From assembly GCA_025456015.1 (NCBI GenBank), contig JALOLK010000001.1, forward strand, positions 22,846 to 86,845: a DNA stretch of 64,000 nucleotides. Reading direction: 5' to 3'. The translations under genes and the position numbers were made by a program. Each line of letters starts with the position of its first letter. Within the stretch, counting starts at the first letter, position 1. This stretch comes from Candidatus Nanopelagicales bacterium. GTDB taxonomy: Bacteria > Actinomycetota > Actinomycetes > S36-B12 > CAIYMF01. Of this stretch, positions 56,251 to 64,000 are shown in pieces. The notes under the pieces are model-generated. The model made no database searches, had not been told where the DNA came from, and saw only the letters and a program-made list of their open reading frames with translations.

Positions 56251-58323
56251 GTGCCGGACGAGCAGATCGCGCTGCCGGGCGTCGGCCCCAGGGCCCGACG
56301 TCGGGCCGGCGCGCCCGCGCCCGAGCCGGCGTTGGCGCTGCCGGTCGCGCGGGTCGCGCTGCTGACCCCGCTGCCGCATCTGGACCGGCCCTTCGACTAC
56401 CTGGTCCCTGCCACCCTGGCCGAGCAGGCCCTCCCCGGCGCGCGCGTGCGGGTGCGGCTGGCGGGCCGCCTGGTCGACGGTGTCGTCCTCGAGCGGGTGG
56501 CGGCGTCGACCCGGGAGCTGCAACCCATCCGGTCCGTGCATGGCCCGCCGGTGCTGGCCCCCGCGATCGCCGCGCTCTGCCGGGCGGTCGCCGACCGGTA
56601 CGCCGGCACGTTCTCCGACGTCGTGCGGGCGGCGGTGCCACCCCGGCACGCCCGTGCCGAGGCACGCGCGGCGGCGCGGGTCGGTTCCGCAGACAGCGAC
56701 GCGACGACTCGCCCGGGAGCGCCCGGCACCACCGGCGGGGAGGTCGACGCCGCCCCTGCCCCGGGGGGCGTGGGGAGGGCAGGCTGGGCCCGCTACGACG
56801 GCGGCGAGGCGCTGCTGCGCGGGCTGGGTGGCCCCGATCCGGCGCGCGCGCTGTGGGTGGCCGCGCCCGGTGAGCAGGTGCCCGCCCGGATCGCCGACCT
56901 GGTGGGGGCCACCGCGGCTCGGGGTCGGGGGGCGATCGTGGTCGTGCCCGACGCTGCCGACCTCGCCCGCATCGCCGAGGCCCTCGGCGGCGCCCGGGAG
57001 GGCGTCGTCCGGCTGTCGGCCGAACTCGGCCCCGAGGCGCGGTACGCCGCGTTCCTGCGGGTGCTCCGCGGTGAGGCCCGCGTCGTCGTCGGCACCCGCG
57101 CGGCGGTGTTCGCGCCCGTCGCCGAGCTGGGCCTGGTCGTGGTCTGGGACGACGGCGACGACGCGCTGTCCGAGCCGCACGCCCCCGGGTGGCACGCCCG
57201 GGAGGTCGCGGCGCTGCGGAGCATGGCCGAGGGTGCGAGCCTGGTCGTCGGCGGCAGTTCGGTCACCCTCGAGGCGGCGCGCATGGCCGGCTCGGGCTGG
57301 CTGCAGGTCGTCGCCCTGACCAGGGCTGCGGTCCGTGCGGCGATGCCCCGGGTCCAGTCGGCCGCGGACGTCGCGCACCCGGACCCGTCCCGGGCGGGCG
57401 ACCGCATCCCGCCCATCGTGGTGGCGGCCCTGCGCGAGGGGCTCGAGCGCGGCCCCGTGCTGGTCGTGGTGCCGCGCGCCGGCTACGTGCCGGTCCTGGC
57501 CTGCCAGGGCTGTCGGGAGCCGGCCCGGTGCCCGCAGTGCGGCCGCGCCATGCGTGCCGAGGACGCCACCCGACGGCCTGTGTGTCCCACGCACGGTGCC
57601 CCGGTGGATTGGCGCTGCCCGCTCTGCGCGGGGGAGCAGGTGCGCGCCGTCGTGGTCGGCGTGCGCCGGACCGCCGAGGAGTTCGGCCGTGCCCTGCCCG
57701 GGGCCACCGTGGCGCTGGCCACGGGGGAGGCCCCGCTGCGCGCCCTGCGGACCCAGCGGACCCTCGTGGTCGCCACCCCCGGCGCCGAGCCCGACCCGGG
57801 CCCGGGGGGCTACGCAGCCGCCGTCCTGCTCGACGCCGCGGCCGCGCTGTCCCGGCCGGGGCTGCGCACGGCCGAGGAGGTGCTGCGCCGCTGGTTCGCG
57901 GCGGCGACCCGCGTGCGGCCCGCCGCCGACGGGGGGCGGGTCCTGGTGGTGGGTGAGCCCGACGGCCGCGAGGTGCAGGCGCTCATCCGGTGGGACCCCC
58001 TGGGCTACGCCCAGCGCGAGCTCGACGAGCGGCGCAGCCTCGCCCTGCCCCCGGCGGTCCGGGTGGCCCACGTCGGCGGCGCGGCGCTGCCGGCGGGCGA
58101 GGTGGTGCAGGCCGTGTGCGACGAGCTGGGCGAGCGGGTCGTGCGCCGCTCGGGGCCGTTGCCCGTGGCCGGGGAGGACGGCGGCGAGCAGGTGGCCTGG
58201 CAGGTGGCGACGTCGATCGCCGATGGCGCCGCGCTGGCGGCGGCCCTGCAGCACGAGCAGGCCCGGCGCTCGGCCCGACGGGCCCCGGTCGTGTCGGTCC
58301 GGCTCGATCCAGCCGGCCGATGA
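56251..58323 (+). CDS. priA: primosomal protein N' (PriA) homologue with degenerate ATPase motifs
   Basis: About 690 aa. N-terminal DNA-binding region (LDRPFDYLVP...GARVRVRLAGR...GVV) and a Cys-rich zinc region (CQGCREPARCPQCG...CPTHG...WRCPLCAG). The expected Walker A position reads AAPGEQV and the Walker B position reads VVWDDGDD. The GTG 56251 start is tentative. Confidence 0.8.
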   Translation: MPDEQIALPGVGPRARRRAGAPAPEPALALPVARVALLTPLPHLDRPFDYLVPATLAEQALPGARVRVRLAGRLVDGVVLERVAASTRELQPIRSVHGPPVLAPAIAALCRAVADRYAGTFSDVVRAAVPPRHARAEARAAARVGSADSDATTRPGAPGTTGGEVDAAPAPGGVGRAGWARYDGGEALLRGLGGPDPARALWVAAPGEQVPARIADLVGATAARGRGAIVVVPDAADLARIAEALGGAREGVVRLSAELGPEARYAAFLRVLRGEARVVVGTRAAVFAPVAELGLVVVWDDGDDALSEPHAPGWHAREVAALRSMAEGASLVVGGSSVTLEAARMAGSGWLQVVALTRAAVRAAMPRVQSAADVAHPDPSRAGDRIPPIVVAALREGLERGPVLVVVPRAGYVPVLACQGCREPARCPQCGRAMRAEDATRRPVCPTHGAPVDWRCPLCAGEQVRAVVVGVRRTAEEFGRALPGATVALATGEAPLRALRTQRTLVVATPGAEPDPGPGGYAAAVLLDAAAALSRPGLRTAEEVLRRWFAAATRVRPAADGGRVLVVGEPDGREVQALIRWDPLGYAQRELDERRSLALPPAVRVAHVGGAALPAGEVVQAVCDELGERVVRRSGPLPVAGEDGGEQVAWQVATSIADGAALAAALQHEQARRSARRAPVVSVRLDPAGR

Positions 58324-58394
58324 CGCCGCACGCCGAGCCGCGACCCCCGCCGACAAGCCGGCGGCAACGCCCGACGGCGCTCGCGCCCCCCACC

Positions 58395-58400
58395 TAGACT
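58395..58400 (+). promoter_or_regulatory. candidate -10 hexamer TAGACT for a leaderless def transcript
   Basis: TAGACT + 6 nt (GGGCCC) + ATG 58407. Confidence 0.4.
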
Positions 58401-58406
58401 GGGCCC

Positions 58407-58946
58407 ATGCTCAAGCCGATCCGCCTCTTCGGCGACCCCGTGCTGCGCACGCCGGCGGCCCCCGTCGAGACGTTCGACAAGGAGCTGCGCCAGCTCGTGG
58501 CCGACCTCACCGACACGATGATGGACGCCCCCGGGGTCGGCCTGGCCGCCCCGCAGATCGGGGTGTCCCTGCGGGTCTTCACCTACTGGGTGGACGACGT
58601 GGTGGGGCACCTCATCAACCCGGACCTCGACCTGTCCGACGAGCTGCAGGACGGCGAGGAGGGCTGCCTGTCGCTGCCCGGCCTGTCCTACGACACGAAG
58701 CGGGCCCTGCGGGTGGTCGCCAAGGGCATGACCATGCACGGCGAGCCCGTGGTCCTCGAGGGCAGCGACCTGCTGGCCCGCTGCGTGCAGCACGAGACCG
58801 ACCACCTCGACGGGGTGCTCTTCATCGACCGGCTGGACCCCGAGGTGCGCAAGCAGGCCATGCGCGAGATCCGCGACGCCGAGTGGTTCGGTGCCCCTCC
58901 CGTGGTGCGGTTCAGCCCGCACGCCATCCGACCCGGGCTCGGCTGA
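58407..58946 (+). CDS. def: peptide deformylase
   Basis: 179 aa with the three motifs [16 protein letters not shown] and HETDHLDG. Confidence 0.96.
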   Translation: MLKPIRLFGDPVLRTPAAPVETFDKELRQLVADLTDTMMDAPGVGLAAPQIGVSLRVFTYWVDDVVGHLINPDLDLSDELQDGEEGCLSLPGLSYDTKRALRVVAKGMTMHGEPVVLEGSDLLARCVQHETDHLDGVLFIDRLDPEVRKQAMREIRDAEWFGAPPVVRFSPHAIRPGLG

Positions 58947-58956
58947 GGGCCCCGGC

Positions 58957-59883
58957 GTGCGGCTGCTCTTCGCCGGCACCCCCGAGGTGGCCGTGCCCTC
59001 CCTGCGTGCCCTGCTGGCCTCCTCCCACGAGGTGGTCGCCGTGCTCACCCGGCCCGACGCGGCCGCCGGGCGGGGTCGGCGCCTCGTGCCCTCGCCGGTC
59101 GCCGAGGTGGCCCTGGCCGAGGGCATCGAGGTCCTGCGGCCGTCGCGTCCCCGGGATCCGGACTTCCTCACCCGCCTGGCCGAGCTCGCCCCGGATGCCG
59201 CACCGATCGTGGCCTATGGCGGGCTCATCCCCTCAGCCGCCCTGGCCGTCCCCCCGCACGGGTGGGTGAACCTGCACTTCTCCCTGCTGCCCGCGTGGCG
59301 GGGAGCCGCCCCAGTCCAGCACGCGATCATGGCCGGTGACGCGGTGACCGGGGCCAGCACCTTCCGCCTCGAGGAGGGCCTGGACACCGGGCCGGTGTTC
59401 GGCGTGGTGACCGAGCCGATCCGGCCCACCGACACGGCCGGGGACCTGCTGGCCCGCCTGGCCGAGTCCGGTGCCGAGCTGCTGGTGCGGACCCTCGACG
59501 GCCTGGCCGCAGGCGCGCTGGCCGCCGTGCCGCAGCCCGGGGACGGCGTGAGCCTGGCGCCGAAGCTCACGGTCGAGGACGCCCGCGTGGTGTGGGGCGA
59601 ACCGGCCATGCGCGTGGACCGCCTCGTCCGCGGCTGCACGCCCGCCCCCGGGGCCTGGAGCACGTTCCGCGACGAGCGGGTGAAGCTGGGCCCGGTGCGC
59701 CCCGACCCCGCCGTGGCCGACCTGGCCCCCGGCGAGCTGCGGGCCGCCAAGCAGGACGTCTGGGTGGGCACGGCCACGCACGCCGTGCGCCTGGGCGACG
59801 TGCAGGCCCAGGGCAAGCGGATGATGCCGGCCGGCGACTGGGCCCGCGGACTGCGGGTGCAGGCCGGGGAATGCCTTGCCTGA
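58957..59883 (+). CDS. fmt: methionyl-tRNA formyltransferase
   Basis: 308 aa from GTG 58957: [25 protein letters not shown]. Confidence 0.93.
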   Translation: MRLLFAGTPEVAVPSLRALLASSHEVVAVLTRPDAAAGRGRRLVPSPVAEVALAEGIEVLRPSRPRDPDFLTRLAELAPDAAPIVAYGGLIPSAALAVPPHGWVNLHFSLLPAWRGAAPVQHAIMAGDAVTGASTFRLEEGLDTGPVFGVVTEPIRPTDTAGDLLARLAESGAELLVRTLDGLAAGALAAVPQPGDGVSLAPKLTVEDARVVWGEPAMRVDRLVRGCTPAPGAWSTFRDERVKLGPVRPDPAVADLAPGELRAAKQDVWVGTATHAVRLGDVQAQGKRMMPAGDWARGLRVQAGECLA

Positions 59884-61303
59884 CGCCCGCCCGGCCCGCC
59901 GCCCGGCACGCGGGCGCGTGGACCCGGCCCGGCTCGCCGCGTTCGAGCTGCTGCGCAGCGTCGCCGAGGACGACGCCTACGCCAACCTCGTGTGGCCGCG
60001 CATCCTGGGACGGCACCGGCTCGACGGCCGCGACGCCGCGTTCGCCACCGAGCTGGCCTACGGCACCCTGCGCTGGCGGGGCCGCCACGACGCGATCCTG
60101 GACGCCTGCGTGGACCGCGGGATCGCCTCCGTCCAGCCCGCCCTGCTCGACGCGCTGCGCCTCGGCGTGCACCAGGTGCAGGCGATGCGCGTGGCCGAGC
60201 ACGCGGCGGTCGACACCACCGTGGCCCTGGTGCGGGCCCGGGTGCACGACGGTGCGGCGGGGTTCGCCAACGCGGTGCTGCGCCGGGTCGTCCGCGGCGG
60301 TGACGCGCAGGCCTGGCTGGCCGCGCTGGTGGCCGAGGGCCGGCTGCCCGCGCTCGACGTCGACCCCCCCGCGCACCTGGCCGTGGCCACCTCCCATCCG
60401 GCCTGGATCGTGCGAGCCGACCACGAGGCCCTCGCCGCCAGCGATCCGAGCCGCACCTGGGAGGACACCGGCGACGCCCTGCTGGCCGACAACCGCGCCG
60501 CCGCCGTCACGCTCGTGGCCCGCACGCTGCCCCGCGACGAGCTGCTGGCGGCACTGCTCGACGAGGGCATCGACGCGGCCCCCGGCCGGTGGTCACGCCT
60601 GGCGGTGCGTGTCTCGGCCGTCGAGCCGGGCCGCCTCGCCCCCGTGGCGACGGGGGCCGCGGGCGTGCAGGACGAGGGCAGCCAGGTGGTGGCGCTCGCC
60701 CTGGCCGAGGCTGCGCTCGACGGCCCCGACACCCGCTGGCTCGACCTGTGCGCCGGGCCGGGGGGCAAGGCTGCGCTGCTCGCCGGCGAGGTGGCCCGGC
60801 GGGGCGGGAGCCTCACCGCGGTCGAGCTGCACCCGCACCGCGCCGAGCTCGTCCGCTCGGCGCTGCGTCCCATCCGCGGCCGCCACGAGGTCGTCGTGGG
60901 GGATGCACTCGCCACTGACCTCGGCGAGCCCTTCGACCGGGTGCTCGTCGACGCGCCGTGCACGGGCCTGGGGGCCCTGCGCCGGCGCCCGGAGTCGCGC
61001 TGGCGGCGCCGGCGCGAGGACCTGCCCGAGCTCACCGCGCTGCAGCGACGGCTCCTCGCCCGGGCCCTGGCGGCGGTCCGGCCCGGCGGCCTGGTGCTCT
61101 ACGCCACCTGCTCGCCGCACCTGGCCGAGACCGACGCGGTGGTCGCCGAGGCCGCGCGCCTCGGTGGCCAGCTGCTCGCCCTCGACGAGGTCCCGGGGGT
61201 GTCGCTGCCGGAGGGGGCGACGGCGGGTGGGGCACTGCGGCTGTGGCCCCACCTGCACGACACCGACGGCATGTACGCCGCCCTGATCCGACGCACCCCC
61301 TGA
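59876..61303 (+). CDS. rsmB: 16S rRNA (cytosine-C5)-methyltransferase RsmB/Sun
   Basis: 475 aa. N-terminal NusB-like domain, then the SAM-MTase motifs [17 protein letters not shown] and YATCS. TTG 59876 overlaps the fmt 3' end; GTG 59918 is an alternative start. Confidence 0.9.
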   Translation: MPDARPARRPARGRVDPARLAAFELLRSVAEDDAYANLVWPRILGRHRLDGRDAAFATELAYGTLRWRGRHDAILDACVDRGIASVQPALLDALRLGVHQVQAMRVAEHAAVDTTVALVRARVHDGAAGFANAVLRRVVRGGDAQAWLAALVAEGRLPALDVDPPAHLAVATSHPAWIVRADHEALAASDPSRTWEDTGDALLADNRAAAVTLVARTLPRDELLAALLDEGIDAAPGRWSRLAVRVSAVEPGRLAPVATGAAGVQDEGSQVVALALAEAALDGPDTRWLDLCAGPGGKAALLAGEVARRGGSLTAVELHPHRAELVRSALRPIRGRHEVVVGDALATDLGEPFDRVLVDAPCTGLGALRRRPESRWRRRREDLPELTALQRRLLARALAAVRPGGLVLYATCSPHLAETDAVVAEAARLGGQLLALDEVPGVSLPEGATAGGALRLWPHLHDTDGMYAALIRRTP

Positions 61304-61385
61304 GCCGCCTGACGGGGCTACGGTGGGCGGCCCGGGGGCGCGGGGGCGCGCCCCATCGGCCGGCGTGCAGCGCGACGAGGTGGGC

Positions 61386-62687
61386 ATGACGAACAGGCGG
61401 GATGCGACCCGGCGTGGCGCCGCGGCCCCGGCGCACCGCCCGCTCGTGTCCGCCGGCGGCCTCCAGCGCCGCTCCCTGCGCGTCCTGGCTGCGGCCCAGG
61501 TGCTCGGCGGCCTGGGCGTGGGGGCGAACGTGGCGGCCAGCGGGCTCATCGCCGCGCAGGTGGCCGGCAGCGAGGCGGTGGCCGGCCTGGCCTCGACCGC
61601 CGCGGTGCTCGGGGCCGGCCTGGCCGCGGTCCCGCTGGCGGGGCTGACCTCCGAGCGCGGCCGGCGCCACGGCCTGGCCGCCGGGCTGGTCACCGGCGCC
61701 CTCGGGGCGGTGCTCGTGGTGCTCGGGGCGACCCTCGGCGTGCTGGCGCTGGCGCTGGTCGGCATCCTGCTGACCGGCTCGGCCACGGCCAGCGGCCTGC
61801 AGGCCCGCTACGCCGCCACCGACCTTGCCGCCCCCGGCCACGCCGCGGGTGCCATGTCGGTCGTCGTGTGGGCCACGACCGTGGGTGCGGTGCTCGGTCC
61901 CAACCTCAGCGGCGTGGGGGCGCAGCTGGGGGAGCGCCTGGGCATCATGGCCCTGGCGGGCACCTACGTGATCTCAGCGGTCGCGTTCCTGGCCGCGGCC
62001 GGCGTGGTGTGGGCGCTGCTGCGGCCCGATCCACTGCTCGTCGCCCGCAGCCGTGACCCCGAGCTGGGCTCGGCCGTGCACGGGCCCCGGCTGCGGGAGC
62101 GGACCACGCGGGCCTGGACGGTGGTCCGCGGCACGCCGGACGCGCTGCTCGGTCTTGCTGCCGTGGCCCTCGGCCACGCCGCGATGGTCGCGGTCATGGT
62201 GATGACGCCGGTGCACATGGCCCACGCCGACGTGTCGATCACCGTGATCGGGGTGGTCATCAGCGTGCACATCCTCGGCATGTACGCGCTGTCGCCGGTG
62301 GTCGGCTGGGCCGCCGACCGGGTGGGCCGGCATGCCGTGCTCGTGGCGGGGGCCGTGCTGCTGCTGGCCGCCGCCGCGATCGCCGGGCTCGCCCCGGCGG
62401 ATCACCACGTGGCGGTGGGTGGGGGCCTGTTCCTGCTCGGCCTGGGCTGGTCGTGCTGCCTGGTCGCCGGCTCGACGCTGCTGTCCGAGTCGGTCCCCGT
62501 GGCCTCCCGGCAGGACAGCCAGGGCCTGTCGGACCTCACGATGAACGTCGCCGCGGCGATCGCCGGCGCGGCTGCCGGCGGGGTCGTGGCCGTGCTCTCC
62601 TACGGCTGGCTGGCGGCGCTGGCCGGAGCCATCGTGCTGCCGCTGGCCGCGGGGGCCTGGCGCACCCGGGGCGTGGCCGCGCGCTGA
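61386..62687 (+). CDS. MFS transporter
   Basis: 433 aa with about 12 hydrophobic helices and an MFS-like loop ([10 protein letters not shown]). The substrate is not inferable. Confidence 0.8.
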   Translation: MTNRRDATRRGAAAPAHRPLVSAGGLQRRSLRVLAAAQVLGGLGVGANVAASGLIAAQVAGSEAVAGLASTAAVLGAGLAAVPLAGLTSERGRRHGLAAGLVTGALGAVLVVLGATLGVLALALVGILLTGSATASGLQARYAATDLAAPGHAAGAMSVVVWATTVGAVLGPNLSGVGAQLGERLGIMALAGTYVISAVAFLAAAGVVWALLRPDPLLVARSRDPELGSAVHGPRLRERTTRAWTVVRGTPDALLGLAAVALGHAAMVAVMVMTPVHMAHADVSITVIGVVISVHILGMYALSPVVGWAADRVGRHAVLVAGAVLLLAAAAIAGLAPADHHVAVGGGLFLLGLGWSCCLVAGSTLLSESVPVASRQDSQGLSDLTMNVAAAIAGAAAGGVVAVLSYGWLAALAGAIVLPLAAGAWRTRGVAAR

Positions 62688-62711
62688 GCCTTCGGCCCGC
62701 GGCGGGCGCAC

Positions 62712-62717
62712 TACCCT
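62712..62717 (+). promoter_or_regulatory. candidate -10 hexamer TACCCT for a leaderless rpe transcript
   Basis: TACCCT + 7 nt (GTGCGCC) + ATG 62725, near-identical to the hisA upstream string. Confidence 0.45.
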
Positions 62718-62724
62718 GTGCGCC

Positions 62725-63408
62725 ATGGGCATCCAGATCTCGCCGAGCATCCTGGCGGCCGACTTCGCCAACCTGGCGGCGGAGTGCCGGCGGGTCGCCG
62801 GGGCGGCCGACTGGCTGCACGTGGACGTGATGGACCAGCACTTCGTGCCCAACCTCACGCTGGGCCTGCCGGTCGTGGAGGCGCTGCTGGCGAGCGTCAG
62901 CACCCCGGTGGACTGCCACCTCATGATCGAGGACCCGGACCGATGGGCGCCGGGCTACGCCGAGGCCGGCGCGGGCAGCGTGACCTTCCACCTCGAGGCC
63001 GCGCAGGCGCCGGTGCGCCTGGCCCGCGAGCTGCGGCGCCTGGGCGCGCGGGCCGGGGTGGGACTCAAGCCCGCCACCCCGGTGGACGCGATCGCCGGCC
63101 TGCTCGGCGAGATCGACATGGTGCTCATCATGAGCGTGGAGCCCGGGTTCGGCGGACAACCGTTCCTCGACCTGGCCCTGCCCAAGATCCGCCGGGCCCG
63201 CGAGCTGATCGGCGATGCCGACATCTGGCTGCAGGTCGACGGCGGCGTCGCCGAGGGCACGATCGAGCGCTGCGCCGAGGCCGGCGCGGACGTCTTCGTG
63301 GCCGGCTCGGCGGTCTACGGCGCCGAGGATGCCGCGGCCGCGTGCAGCGCCCTGCGGGCCGCCGCCACGGTGGCGGCCGGGGCCGGCCGCACCGCGGCCC
63401 TGCGATGA
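62725..63408 (+). CDS. rpe: ribulose-phosphate 3-epimerase
   Basis: 227 aa: [31 protein letters not shown]. Confidence 0.95.
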   Translation: MGIQISPSILAADFANLAAECRRVAGAADWLHVDVMDQHFVPNLTLGLPVVEALLASVSTPVDCHLMIEDPDRWAPGYAEAGAGSVTFHLEAAQAPVRLARELRRLGARAGVGLKPATPVDAIAGLLGEIDMVLIMSVEPGFGGQPFLDLALPKIRRARELIGDADIWLQVDGGVAEGTIERCAEAGADVFVAGSAVYGAEDAAAACSALRAAATVAAGAGRTAALR

Positions 63409-64000
63409 GCCGCGTCGCCGCGCGCGCCGCGGGTGGCGGCACCGCCACGCAGGCCGAGCTCGCGGCGATGCGCCGGGCGCTCGCGCTGGCCGCCACGCCG
63501 GGCGTGCCGCACGGCCCGAACCCCCGGGTCGGCTGCGTCCTGCTCGATGCCGCCGGTCGAACCGTCGCCGAGGGCCACCACCGCGGCGCCGGCACCCCCC
63601 ACGCCGAGGTCGAGGCCCTCCGCGCGGCCGGGGTCGCGGCCGCTGGGTCGACCGCCGTGGTCACGCTCGAGCCCTGCCGCCACACGGGGCGCACCGGCCC
63701 CTGCACCGACGCCCTGCTCGGGGCCGGGGTCGCCCGCGTGGTCTACGCCCAGGCCGATCCCAACCCGGTGGCGGCCGGTGGCGCGGCCCAGCTGGCCGGG
63801 GCCGGCGTCGAGGTCGTCGGCGGGGTGCTGGCCGACGAGGCGACGCTGCTCAACGCGGCGTGGACCTTCGCGCTCGTGCATGGGCGGCCCTTCGTGACGT
63901 GGAAGGTGGCCGCGACGTTGGACGGCCGGGTGGCCGCCACCGACGGGAGCAGCCGCTGGATCACCGGTGCCGCGGCACGCGCCGACGTGCACGCGCTGCG
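63405..64000 (+). CDS. ribD: riboflavin biosynthesis protein RibD (deaminase/reductase), N-terminal part (3' end outside window)
   Basis: Frame open from ATG 63405 (ATGA overlap with rpe) to the window end. It is not in the ORF track because no stop is reached. Deaminase zinc motifs HAEVEAL and [12 protein letters not shown], then the start of the reductase domain ([11 protein letters not shown]). Confidence 0.85.
   Translation, partial: MSRVAARAAGGGTATQAELAAMRRALALAATPGVPHGPNPRVGCVLLDAAGRTVAEGHHRGAGTPHAEVEALRAAGVAAAGSTAVVTLEPCRHTGRTGPCTDALLGAGVARVVYAQADPNPVAAGGAAQLAGAGVEVVGGVLADEATLLNAAWTFALVHGRPFVTWKVAATLDGRVAATDGSSRWITGAAARADVHAL

Overview
This 64-kb window comes from a very GC-rich Actinomycetota chromosome. 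BldD, mIHF, VKOR/DsbA and the his-trp-lgt...pyk-pyr-metK-priA-fmt-rpe-ribD order match the conserved Mycobacterium/Streptomyces/Micrococcales backbone; I cannot place it more precisely. All protein calls rest on motifs I recognise in the supplied translations and on synteny recalled from memory, since no searches were run.

Gene content:
- Almost everything is core metabolism, mostly on the + strand: hisC(partial)-hisB-hisH, sbcD-sbcC, hisA, RidA, an FN3/GH18-like secreted protein, a PlsB-like/PlsC-like acyltransferase pair, and hisF-hisI-trpE.
- Then a small HGxxPAxW protein, an OmpR-type two-component system, DUF2752(-), trpC-trpB-trpA, VKOR(-)/DsbA, lgt and a small membrane protein.
- Then a 976-aa kinase/M23-like/aminotransferase fusion (-), an acyltransferase-3 protein, a PQQ-type sugar dehydrogenase (-), gltB-gltD followed tightly by an AAA+ ATPase and a TPR membrane protein, and pyk and bldD.
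- Finally the full pyr operon (pyrR-pyrB-pyrC-membrane protein-carA-carB-pyrK-pyrD-pyrF), an in-frame mIHF-guanylate kinase ORF, rpoZ, coaBC, metK, a tandem GNAT, priA, def, fmt, rsmB, an MFS transporter, rpe and ribD(partial).

I found no rRNA, tRNA, CRISPR array, transposase or integrase. I also see no clear novel multi-gene system; this is an ordinary core region with a few accessory insertions.

Items most worth a second look:
1. The kinase + M23-like + phospho-lyase-type aminotransferase fusion (24264-27194).
2. The AAA+/TPR-membrane pair packed behind gltBD (36097-38466).
3. The mIHF-Gmk in-frame fusion (51290-52165).
4. A perfect 23-bp-arm inverted repeat, a G4/i-motif tract and a palindrome in the divergent dehydrogenase/gltB region (29773-29894).
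5. A second palindromic element at the pyr-operon/carA junction (44120-44164).
6. A long GC-poor leader with repeated GGGCAGG upstream of the GH18-like gene (7307-7625).
7. A recurring TANNNT hexamer 6-7 nt upstream of many start codons, implying leaderless transcripts.

The many long ORFs antisense to real genes are GC-composition artefacts and were rejected.
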